A DNA stretch of 35,382 nucleotides from Chiloscyllium plagiosum (Eukaryota), in the NCBI RefSeq assembly GCF_004010195.1, contig NC_057719.1, positions 13,815,105-13,850,486 of the forward strand, given 5' to 3'. Every line of letters starts with the position of its first letter. Position 1 is the stretch's first letter. A program made the position numbers and the translations under genes. The notes beneath the pieces are model-generated. The model did not search any database. It was not told the DNA's origin and was given only the letters and a program-made list of their open reading frames with translations. This document shows, one piece after another, positions 23,200 to 33,854 of this stretch.

Positions 23200-24200
23200 T
23201 TGAATCTATTTGAATTGATCCATGTCTAAAGATAAGAGGTTCATGAAAATTGATCAATGAAAAATGCTTTAAGATCGAGACATTTTTAATGGTGGATTTA
23301 GTAATTAAACAAAAAAAATCTAAAACTAACCATCAGCTTTTGTCACCCCAACTATGAAGAAATTCCATTAGCATTTAAAACCACCCTACATAGTTTCTAA
23401 AGACATATGAATCAAGTCGTAGCTAATGTGCCTAATTGTGTAATTTATTTGGCTGATGTCTTGATCTGCATCAACACCTGGGAAGAACTTGTAAAACAAT
23501 GAGAAAACTTATTTAAACATATATATTTTGCGGGGTTTATAAGTGAGTTTGAAAAAGCAAGGGTAACTTATTCAGAACACTTCACAGTGTTGCCATAAAC
23601 AGGGAACGTGAAGGCTCTTTAAAACTTCTGCATTCCAAAACCTAAATGGGAATTCATGAGATTTCTGGCAGTATCTGTCTTTTTTATCAGAGGTTCCTGA
23701 TTAATGTCTACACTTTGGCTGCATCTCTGACAGACTGACTACGAAAACAAGGAAAGGTAACATGGTCTAAAGTGTCCCAAACGCCTCTCGAGAAGTTGAA
23801 GACAATCCTAATTAATGGTTTTGCTTTGGCCACTGCTGATTTAAAAAGTCTTTTATAATGGATATTTTTGTCAAGTGATGGGTGGGTGATTACAGTCTTA
23901 TTTCACATCAGGAATAGAAAAGTCACGAAAGTACTTTTTCAAGAGATGGAACCAATGTCAGAAGAATAGAAAAGAAGGCTCCGGAACTGTTACTGCCTCT
24001 TAAGTATGTTGAAATTTATGCTCATCACAGCCACAAAGATGCATTAATACACAGTGGCCATAATGCCACGGTCTTTGTTGAGAAACTGAAATCTCAAAAT
24101 GCGAGATTATTTCAGTGGAGTTTGTTAATTCAAATGTACAAGTGTTGTTCAAACTATTGGAAAGGATAATGTAATTGAGATACATTATCAAGAATGTAAT
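23200..24200 (+). pseudogene. Decayed Gypsy/Ty3 RT-RNase H
   Basis: SAFVTP; HMNQVVANVPNCVIYLADVL (YLDD box); EFEKARVTY; FMRFLA; KSQNARLFQWSLL; GKDNVI. Confidence 0.8.
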
Positions 24201-25134
24201 GATGCTGAAATAGGTTGGAAACTTGTCGATAAAAAGTTGTGTAAAAAGTGCATGAAAAATTAGTGAAAAGGAATTGATGTAACTTTTTGTACTTTATTGT
24301 CGAAAAATGTCGTTTACCTTGTGATGAAATGCATCCAAGAATGACTTTCAATCTCCATGAGAGGTGGAGACATGTAAAGATTATCTATGCTTTATTCAGA
24401 AATACAAACAAGGCAAATGGAAGCTTTGAAACTGCCATGTTGCAGAGAATATATTAGTTTTTTTAAAACAACGTAAAGGGTAAGTGGAAGTGTGTGGTCA
24501 TCACTTACTGGTTACAAAAGGTCATTAATCCACTTACTGGATTCAATCCTTCTGGGGGAGACACAAGCACCAAGTGTTTTGGGTTAAAACACTGCTTAGC
24601 AAAATTCTTTATTGTCAACTATTGTTAGATACAAAACTGCCTAAAAGGCAAAAAGAAGAGTGAAACTTGCAAATTACATGCACTGGTCTGAAAAATTACT
24701 TGTTTTTTCAACTGGTTTTTGCTTCTGTGTGTGAGAAAGGGGCATTTGCACTCAGATCTTCAGAAAGCCAACAAGCTTTCAGTAAACACCCATATGCCAC
24801 TGTTTATCATCATAGTCTTGATTATGTTGAGGAGATTGGTCAGTCTTACTCCTTCCTTCTGTCTCTGGAAAGGAACTGCACTCAAAGACTGAAAAGTAGG
24901 AATTCTAACAGAAACAAAAGCCTTGATTCTGAATGGTCAGCTACCAAATTGATGCTGTCCACAGTCAACACAAACATGATATCTTCACCAGGAACAAAAC
25001 ATTCTGTGAGAAAGCCGCTTATTCCATCTTTGTAGTTTGAACTCTTGATCCTCTGAATTTGATCCTTTTTCTCTACGAATTGCTCCCATGAAATTTTAAC
25101 AGAACTGTCTGTCATGTCTGAATAAACAGCCATA

Positions 25135-25171
25135 TGTGTGTGGGTGTGTGTGAGTGTGTGTGTGTGTGTGT
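25135..25171. repeat. (TG)n microsatellite, imperfect
   Basis: Seen directly. Confidence 0.95.
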
Positions 25172-25193
25172 TGGGGTATAATTTAAGCTTTCA

Positions 25194-25363
25194 CAGTACA
25201 ACCTCAGTTATTCGAACATCAATTATCTAAATTTCGAATTATCCGAATAAGATCTCAAGGTCCCGATGTTTGGATAAACTGTGTTATCCGAACATTCGAT
25301 TATCTGAACATTCGATTATCCGAAAATACTCCCCATGCCGTTCGGATAATTGAGGTTGTCCTG
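25194..25363. mobile_element. Tigger/pogo-type MITE
   Basis: CAGTACAACCTCAGTTATTCGAAC ... GTTCGGATAATTGAGGTTGTCCTG|TA; internal ATTATCCGAA repeats. Confidence 0.8.
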
Positions 25364-25857
25364 TATATTAATAATTTAAAATCCATTATTAAAGAATGAG
25401 CCTGTTTAAAATAAATAAGTTTGGTATCTGGTTTATTGATGAAACCTCAGGTGGGTTTCTTTAATTTTTGTGGGTGATTAAGGTTTGGCTAACTAACCAC
25501 CACCCCTAACTTGGTCAAATTGGTCACACAAACATTTGTGACAGCTCATGGAACAGTGGACTTGATTTCCAGCATACCCTTCCCTCTAGGGTTTTGACAA
25601 TACAAACAGAGATTACTGCAATAAATTTAAGCCCAGTTACATTCATATAAAAAATGTTAAGCCTTCCTTGTGCTTGACCAAAGATAACAAAGTTGCTTTG
25701 GTAACAAATACAAATAAATTAATAGGATTGTAATATTATAGAACAGTGTTACTGCAACAAGACAAGGACATACGTTGATAGGTTATTGCTAAGTTATCAC
25801 AATATTTAGATGTTTTAAACATCATTGATATCCATTGTGGAGTTCATTCTAAATCTA

Positions 25858-26035
25858 AGGAGCAGGAGAATCGACGTTTCGGGCATGAGCCCTTCCTCAG
25901 GAATGTTCCTGAAGAAAGGCTCATGCCCGAAACGTCGATTCTCCTGTTCCTTGGACGCTGCCTGACCTGCTGCACTTTTCCAGCAACTCATTTTCAGCTC
26001 TGATCTCCAGCATCTGCAGTCCTCACTTTCTCCTA
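25858..26035. mobile_element. Fold-back mini-PLE (family A) with perfect 13-bp TSD and two back-to-back HHR motifs
   Basis: cattctaaatcta at 25845-25857 and 26036-26048; palindrome axis at 25904/25905. Confidence 0.9.
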
Positions 26036-26411
26036 CATTCTAAATCTAGCCTAGGAAGATTATCATCAGTAAAGACTCATATGCCACTTTTATCATAGTA
26101 GTTTTGTTAGGTCTATGAAGATCACCCTACATGATTATTATTTGTTTCACTTTGTGTCAGTAAGGTCAGGAAAACCTATTTAGAGTCATCTATGTTCTCA
26201 TTATGCTGCAGTTTTCCCTCCAAAATCTTAATTTTCTTGGAAATGGGTTTGCTGTCTGACAGAGGCTCATCTTGGAGCATTTGTTGAATTGGTTTCAATT
26301 CTGTGCCTTCTCCAACTTTCAACATTGACGTAATGCAACACAAATTTTCTAGCAATCCTGTGCTGGTTGATATCTGAATGCACAATTTTAGACTGAGGCA
26401 CAGCGTGTGCA

Positions 26412-27080
26412 CAGACAAACTTCGATTATCCGAATGAGATGGGTGGGAACTATTTCGCTTGGATAATTGATTATTCGGATAATTGATTTTACCTTAAACA
26501 AGGAAAGTCATGATGATCTAACAGTGTGCTCTACCGGAAAACTTGTTTAAATCTACAATTTTAATGTATTGAACACAAGAGGACACAGTTTTCACATGAT
26601 GAACAAAATAACGCATTGATAACACGAGAAAACTTCTTAAAAATGTAGCAGTGGTTAACATTTGGCAAGGAGTGGTGAAGACAGCATTAAACAAGGCCCT
26701 GAACAGCTTCTACAATCGCAAGAGCAGTTGTCAGTTTCCGAGAACTCAGTCTCACAACCGAAAGATGGAAGCACTGCCCTCGTGCATGGGTTTATGCTCT
26801 TGACCATTCTTTTCATGAATGGCCCGGTAAAGTGACGGACTACAGTACTGTAAAGCACTTACTTTTGCAAAGGGCTGTGTAGCAATCCTTACCTAAAAAA
26901 AAATCCAGTCACTGAGCTGCTTGTGTTTCTTTGTTTTAGCCAGTGTTTTTACGTGTTCATCAGTACAGGTAAATCGAATGCACTTACCTCTTTGATGTAA
27001 CATTTTTGCAGGACCTTGAAATCTTTTTTGGATAATCTGAAATTCGAATAATCAATATTCGGATAATCGAGGTTCCTCTA
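26412..27080. mobile_element. Longer non-autonomous Tigger/pogo-type element
   Basis: Ends CAGACAAACTTCGATTATCCGAAT and ATTCGGATAATCGAGGTTCCTCTA|TA match the MITE TIRs; no transposase recognised. Confidence 0.6.
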
Positions 27081-27139
27081 TATTGGCATCGTTTCGTCCA
27101 CGTTTGACAAACGATCCCGTAGTGGGGTGGTGCGTTCCT

Positions 27140-27475
27140 TCTGTCGGTGTATCTTTGCTGATGGATGTGAAGGTCAATTCTCGAGAGACAGGCTGGACCC
27201 AAATGCTGCACACAAAGCTGTCAAGTGACGTTGCCTGTTGTTGTTTTCAGCGCCAGTGCCTGCTGCCCTTGTGATGGTCCACCCTGGCCCACAATGGGGA
27301 TTAGCAGTTCTCTCCTTATCAGCTACCAATTCCCGGGTATGATAGTCAGTGGTTGGGGCCATGTGTTGTGCTTGCAAGCAGACCCCTGGGCACCTCACTC
27401 ATTGCCTGGCTCTAGCTACCTCACCATACAGAGGATCTTGGCAAAACGGTCATCTTCCATCCAGCCAATCCACTG
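27140..27475 (-). mobile_element. RTE-clade LINE 3' relic
   Basis: Minus MEDDRFAK / LYGEVARAR / ACKHN resembles RTE RMEDGRIPKDLLYGEL...CKRD. Confidence 0.55.
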
Positions 27476-28294
27476 AAGCTGCTTCTGTAAATCATGCTAT
27501 TGTTTGTTTGTTGATGTGAGGGTTGCTGGCCGCGTTTATTGTCTGTCCCTAATTGCCCTGGAAAACATGGTGGTGAGCAGCCTCCATGAACCACTGCAGT
27601 GTTAGTGTGTAAGGGATACCTATGGTGCTGAGAAATAGTTGTTGGACCTACTTTGTGAGTTTGTTTTAAGTCACTGAGCCATCTGTTTCTGACTGCCTCC
27701 CAGCAGAAAAGCTAAAAACCAATAACGCTAACATTCAGCCTACCTGTCTCTTTCACCCAATTACATTTCCCCCCGGAACAGTGACCCCTAAATGTGCTCA
27801 GAAACCTATTGAAATGTTTTCAATACATCCCCCAGCCCTACCGCAGAACAGAACTGAACAATGTCATATTAATAATTATGGTCCGAGTACATTCTGAATG
27901 TCTTATATTCTCTGAGAATGTGGATTTTCTTGGCACAACTGATTGCACAGGAAATGATGTCATCATTTTAGGGAGTTCCAGGATTTTGTCTCAGTGATAC
28001 AGGAGGAATGGTGACATATTTCCAAGTCAGGGTGGAGAGTGACCTGGAGGGGAACTTGCAGTTGGTGGTGTTCCCATGTATCTGCTGTCCTTGTGCAATG
28101 AAGTGGGCTTGGAAGGTGCTGTTGGAGGAGCCTTGGTGAGTTACTGGAGTGTGTCTTGCTGATTATACACACTGCTGCAACTGTGTGTCAGTGGGGAAGT
28201 GAGTAAATGGTAAAGATAATGGATGGGCTGCCAATCAAATAGGCCACTTTTCCCTTGTTCATTGAGGCTTCATTCATCCAGGCAACTGGGCAGC

Positions 28295-28890
28295 ATTTTG
28301 CCTGGTCCCTTATTTAAAGGAAGATATTATTTCACTGGAGGCATTTCAGAGAAGACTCACTCGGATGATTTCCGGTATGGAGAAAATGTCTTATGAGCAA
28401 ACAGGTTGGGATTTAGCAGGATGTGAGATGATTTCATTGAAACATAGAGGGTTCTTAAGGAAAACAAAAAATAATAAAGATCGCAGCCGGTCAGGCAGCA
28501 TCCATGGAGAGAAAGCAAGCTAACGTTTCAAATCTAAATGACTCTTCCTCAGAGCTCTGATAAGGAATCTTAAGGGGCTTGACAGGATAAATACTGAAAG
28601 GATGTTTTCCCTCATAGGAGACTTTAGGACTAGAGGACACAGTCTCAGAATAATTTAAGATTGTGATATGAAAGAATTTCTTCTCTCAGCAGGTTGTGTG
28701 TCTTTGGAACTCCTTGCCACAGAGAGCTGTGGGGACAGAGATCTTATATTTAAGACTGAGATAGATAGATTCTTGGTTAGTCGGGGAATGGGCAGGAAAG
28801 TCGACGTGAGGAACGTTAGAATAGCCATAACTGGTGGAGCAGGCTCGAGGGGCTGAATGGTCTACTCCTGTTCTTGTTTCTTACAGTCTT
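28295..28890 (+). mobile_element. CR1 3' fragment with mini-PLE insertion
   Basis: 'tggtcccttatttaaaggaagat...ggactagaggacacag...ttcttctctcag...tggaactccttgcc' and the terminal motif. Confidence 0.8.
28461..28567 (-). mobile_element. Mini-PLE terminus with 8-bp TSD and HHR motif
   Basis: tcttaagg at 28453-28460 and 28568-28575; minus agct-CTGAGGA-agagtc-attta-gattt-GAAA-CG-TT-agct (28518-28556). Confidence 0.7.
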
Positions 28891-29644
28891 CTAGCTTGTG
28901 AAATGCTCTTATAGTCACAGTATTTATATGGCTTGTCCAGCTCTCTTGGGTTTTGATAGTGGGGGAATTCAACAATACCCATGTCATTGAATATCAAGGG
29001 ATAATGGTTAAATTCCCTCTTGTTTCAAATAACCATTTCTTGACTCTCATGAGGTGCGAGTCTAATCTGCCACTTTTCAGCTCAAGTTCTTGTTGCATAC
29101 AGACATGGACTGCTTTAGTATCTGAGGAGTAGCAATGGTGCTGAATATTGTGCAGTCATCGCCAACCAAGCTCACCTTATGGTTGAGGGAGCATCATTAA
29201 TGAACTACACTGGGCCTAGGACATGCCCCAGAGTAATTTATGCAATAATGGCCTAGGGCTGAGAGGACTGACCTTCAAAAACAACAACCGTCTGCATTAA
29301 GGCTAGATATGATCCAAGCAGTAGAGGGGTTTCCCACTGATTCCCATTGACTCCAGTTTTGCTTGGGCTCCTCAATGCCCTTTATGGTCTAACACTGCCT
29401 GATGTCAAGGGCAGCCACTCCCACCTGCCCTCTGGAGTTATGGTCTTTTGTCCATGTTTGAGCCAAGTGGGTCTGGCAAAATCCAAACTGAGCCATCAAT
29501 GAGCAGGTTATTCAGTTCCACTTTGATAGTACTGTCAAAAATCCCTGTGTTACTTGACAGGGAGTAGACTGACAGAGCAGTGACTGGTTGGATGGATTTG
29601 TCGTGCCTTTGTGCAGTACCTGGGCCATGATCCATCTTGATATG

Positions 29645-30325
29645 AAACTAAAAAACTGTGGATGCTGGTGAGCTAAAATAAAACCAGAAATTGCTGGAGA
29701 AACTTAGCAGCATCTGTGGCAACCCATGTCATGTGGTTATAGGACCAAGAGTTGGCGAGAATGGGTTGGCCGTGTTCCCACGCCAACATTTCTATCACAG
29801 GATTGCTGCAGCTCTCCAGCAAGGCCGAGAGCAATTTGAAGAAGACCAGCTTAACTTTCATTTGGGGACACTGGAACATCTCGGACTCAACATTGAGCTC
29901 AATAACTTTAGAGCCTGATTGTGGGTTTTTACCCATCCACACATCCAATCCTGTCATAACATGGGTTACTTTCAGCACAGAATGCCTATTCTGTCCTGTT
30001 TTTAACTCATTACCAAATATTCAGCTTTCAACCATTCCCTTGTCTGCCTATCCCATTCATAGAACATAGAACATAGAACATAGAACATAGAAGAATACAG
30101 CACAGTACAGGCCCTTGGGCCCTCGATGTTGCCTCTCTCTCTCTCCAACCTCTGTCTCCACCTATCTCAGTCCCCTCTCCCCAATGCACCCAAATTTAGC
30201 TTCAGCATATCTTCAGCAGTTTCCGAGCTGTTACTGGACTCAAAATGTGAACCCTGCTTTCTGCCAACAGATGCGGCCAGACCGGCTGAATTTCTTGAGC
30301 AATTTCTGGTTCTGTTTCAATTTTC
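29645..30325 (+). mobile_element. Old PLE (family C) 3' fragment with inverted terminus; short CR1 tail inserted at about 30057-30131
   Basis: FEEDQLNFHLGTLEHLGLNIELNNFRA* resembles LEEERLIFRLGTLQPQG; 29670-29720 is inverted against 30262-30320; (AGAACAT)n. Confidence 0.7.
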
Positions 30326-30884
30326 CACATTGCCAGGCAGATGCCAGTGTTATAGCTGTACTGGAATGACTTGGCTAAGGGTGCATCAAGTTCTGGAGCA
30401 GAAGTCTTCAGTACTATAAGCAGAATCTTGTCAGGGAGCATTGTCATTACAGTACCCAATGGCTTCAGCCCTCTCTCTACAGCTTGCAGAGTGAATCAAA
30501 TTGGTTGACTACTGGCATCTGTGATACTTGGAACCTCAAGAGGACTCCAAGTGGGTCATTCATTTGGCATTTCAGATTGAAGGTGGATGCAATACTTCAC
30601 CCGGGAACATTGCACTGATGTGTTGCATTTCCCCACCTTTGAGGATGGGAATATTTGTGGACCCTCTACTTCCTGTTACATGTTGAATCATCCACTGTCA
30701 TCCATGACTGTTTGTGAAGGGACTGCAGGCATGGATCTGTTCATTGTGGGATCCTTTTGAGTTTGCCCAGTGCTGTTCCTGGCATGCCCTCCTGCACCCT
30801 TCAGTGAACCAATGTCAATCGTCTGGCCTCACAGGACAGTGGAGGATACGCAAGGCAAGGAAGTTGCTGATTGTCTTTGCATGC

Positions 30885-31544
30885 TGTTATGGACCAAGCC
30901 AGACCCTCTCAAAACATTTCAACAGAGTAAGCCAAACCCTAACATTGCTAGTTGTTTTAAGCAGGTGTACAGTGGATACCCCAGGAGTGATGTAGCTGGT
31001 CAAACCACAGTTTTAAACAAAACAGAGTTTATTTACAAGGTTATTGAATGAAACACATACAAAAGCGAACACAATACCAAATAACTTAACTGATTCGAAA
31101 CCCCAGCAGATCATCCCAACTTAATGATGCTGTTCCAATACTTGCAACAACCCCCATAAACACCCCTTGGCACAAAAAGGTAAAATCAACACAAGGTCTT
31201 AAAGGAGAGAAGTCAGAGAGAGAGAGGGTCAACATGGACCTGCTTATCATGGGTCCAACAGCTTTACAACTGCCTGACTGCTTTCAGTAAATAGCTAGAC
31301 CATCAAAAACCAAATCAAACCAGAGAGAAGCTGAGCTGGGAGAACTGGCCACTCCACCTTTCATCGTACAAGTGATTTTTTTGAATGTGAAAGCCTGTTG
31401 CCTGAGGCAGTATCTGTTAGCTATAATCAAATTGGCCCTAAAAACCCATCCAAGCCCAGACTTTTCAGAGACTGTGTTCTTACGAATGCTCTGAAAAAGA
31501 AACCAAGGACACCATAACCTTGTTAAAGGAGCACCATCATCACA
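30885..31544 (-). mobile_element. Gypsy 3' LTR
   Basis: TGTTAT...ATCACA termini; adjacent 31545-31562 reads ttttttaagagggagca (PPT) on the minus strand. Confidence 0.75.
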
Positions 31545-32249
31545 TGCTCCCTCTTAAAAAAATGAGCTATCAATATCCAAAGATGGCTTCATTTTAAAAC
31601 CCCTTCATCTTAACTGTTGGTACTCTATAACATACACACACATACATTACATTGACCATAAATATGCAAACATGCACTACCACATTCTGTTTCAGTCTGT
31701 TGCACTCCTGCCATCGAACGCCACCGTTTCTCATTCGAGTCTCAACAATGCGTCAGCAATCACGTTTTCTCATCCTGCCACATGCATCATTGTCAAAGTG
31801 AATACCTGTAACAACAAGCTCCATCTAAACAGTCTGGCATTTTTGTCCTTCAATTTCTCCACTCTTCACTGGACAGTCTAACCTCACTCTACATAACTGA
31901 GCACTTCTTGTCTCATCATGAACTCCTGTTACTTGGACGTTTTCTGGCAATAGTTCTTCAGACGTACATCTCTCCTCATCCTTCAGCATCACAGATTGAG
32001 AGGATCCTGTGTCTCTTAATATTGTAACCTGCTGCACCTGGCCTATGCAAATAAACTTTACTTTCGCCACCAAATGGTTTAAGAAGATCTGGCACTTCCT
32101 TCTGAACCAATTTCTGACCAGGTTGTACATTCTGGTGCATCTTTCTAGCCTGCACTGTGCTTTCCATTACCGCTCCAACAAAATTCACTGGCTTATCCTG
32201 TTTCCCTACATATGGCTTCCTAGTACTTTTCCTAACCATGTGATAAATT

Positions 32250-32585
32250 ATTAGATTAGATTACCTACAGAATGGAAACAGGCCCTTCGGCCCAACAAGT
32301 CCACACTGACCCTCTGAAGAATAACCCACCCACACCCATTCCTCTATCCTATATTGACCCCTGATTAATGCACCTAACACTGTGGGCAATATAGCGTGGC
32401 CAATTCACCTGACCTGCACATCTTCGGATTGTGGGAGGAAACCGGAGCACCCAGAGGAAACCTACACAGGCACGGGGAGAACGTGCAAACTCCACATAGA
32501 CAGTTGTTTGAGGCAGGAATTGAACCCGGGTCCCTGGCGCTGTGAGGCATCAGTGCTAACCACTGTGCCACTTTGTTGCCCACTT
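32250..32585 (-). mobile_element. HE1-like SINE
   Basis: (TTAGA)n tail, V-type core, B box. Confidence 0.9.
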
Positions 32586-32594
32586 CTTTTTTTT

Positions 32595-33050
32595 AGGATT
32601 ACTTGATTTAATTTATTATAGTCGCATATATTTTGTTACAAACACAGCCTTCGAGAGTCTCCGGCACCATCTTGAAACACCAAAAATAACTCAAAACATG
32701 GCAAGTAAAGAAATGCTCAATTTAGCTGAAGAGTTTAGCCATGGGCCTGGATCCAAGCTCTTCCATCCCGATACTGAGACCAATACAAGCACGAAGCTGG
32801 CAACCATTCTCGAGTCCCTTCACCGCGCTGCCGGAGCAGAGTCGCCATTCTTCGACGCCATGTTGCCTCCATCGATGCCGGTACCACCACGATTCGTCGC
32901 TGGGCTGACCTCGCCGATGCCGCCACATCGTCAGGTCTGCATTGGGCCCAAAAACTCTCCACACGTTCGCGCTGGAGCAACATCTTGCCGGTTTAACTCT
33001 CTGCTCTTCCACATGAGTTTTCCCACTTCAGGAAGTGAAGTTTTGAACTC
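32595..33050 (-). repeat. Unclassified CpG-rich insertion
   Basis: Abrupt GC/CpG rise inside the Gypsy internal region; minus-strand AATAAA followed by ttaaatcaa. Confidence 0.4.
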
Positions 33051-33119
33051 CTGTCTAAGTGCCAATTTCTGAAGTTCAAACTCCTTCTCTTCCTTCCCTT
33101 CCTCTTTCTCTTTCAGAGA

Positions 33120-33440
33120 CCCATAGAATCCTGACAATGTGGAAACAGGCCATTTGGCACAATAAGTCCATCAGAAGAGTATCTCACCCAGACCCATTCC
33201 CCCTACCCCATCACTCTCTACATTTCCCATGACTAATGCGCATCCTGAACAGCATGGGCAGTGTAACCTGGCCAACTCACCTAACCTGCACATCTTTAGA
33301 TTGTGAGAGGAAACCGGAGCAAATCCACACGAACACAGGGAGAATGTGCAAACTCCACACAGACAGTCACCCGGGCTGGAATCGAACCCGGGTCCATGGA
33401 GCTGTGAGGCAGCAGTGCTAACCACTGAGCCACCATGCTG
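33120..33440 (-). mobile_element. HE1-like SINE in Gypsy gag
   Basis: Reverse-complement A box CCACTGAGCCA and B box GGAATCGAACC. Confidence 0.9.
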
Positions 33441-33854
33441 CTCTTTGCTCACTTCTCTCTCTCTTTGTATCTCTTCTCTCTTCCGTTCTTTTTGTTCTGC
33501 TATAGTGATTTGTTCTTTTTCTCTTTCCTCTGCTTAATTGTAATTCGTTGTCTTTTGCCTCTAACTCAAGCTGCTTCATTTTCAATTGAACTTTAGCCAA
33601 CTCTAAGGATTTTGATGGCATTTCCAGAAAATTTAAATGCTGAGCTATTGCTGTAATTATCTCTTCTTTCCTCACGGAAGGGAACAGCTCCAACCCCAGC
33701 TTGTCAGCTAATTCCACTAACTTGGCCTTATTCACCATTTGCAAAGCCCCCAGAGTCACTTCTTCCACCCCCAGAAAACTCCTGGAAACCCCCAGAAAGA
33801 GCCATTGCCATCTCAGGCTCTGTTTAAACCAACCAAATTCAACACCCAAAACAA

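Larger units (their letters stand above)
24373..25599 (+). mobile_element. Putative 3' LTR of the Gypsy element
   Basis: Purine tract gagaggtggaga followed by TGTAAAG...TTTGACA termini; contains (TG)n and a MITE. Confidence 0.5.
27510..30790 (-). mobile_element. Fragmented old CR1-superfamily LINE (pieces about 27510-27630, 27965-28290, 28895-29635, 30330-30790)
   Basis: Minus motifs xDDCTIFS (about 29150), VLGP (about 29215), ALDI (about 29405) and PELDAPLAKSFQYSYNTG..MWK (about 30330-30400). Confidence 0.65.
31545..33850 (-). mobile_element. Internally deleted Gypsy (Gmr1-like) internal region: gag N-terminus, protease, RNase H end
   Basis: KAKLVELADKLGL...coiled coil (33420-33800); ILRDTGSSQS aspartic protease (about 32010); KNARLFRWSLLLQ...ENVIADAL (31735-31862). 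Confidence 0.82.

Noticed and set aside
24667..25133. ORFs of 122 and 83 aa
   Set aside because: They lie inside the putative LTR, with no domain or splice support.
25194..25363. Spaced ATTATCCGAA repeats as a CRISPR-like array
   Set aside because: The repeats are short, irregular, in both orientations and bounded by TIRs; eukaryotic context and no cas genes.
32698..33072. Overlapping ORFs of 82-124 aa
   Set aside because: They are explained by high GC content, and no domain is recognisable.
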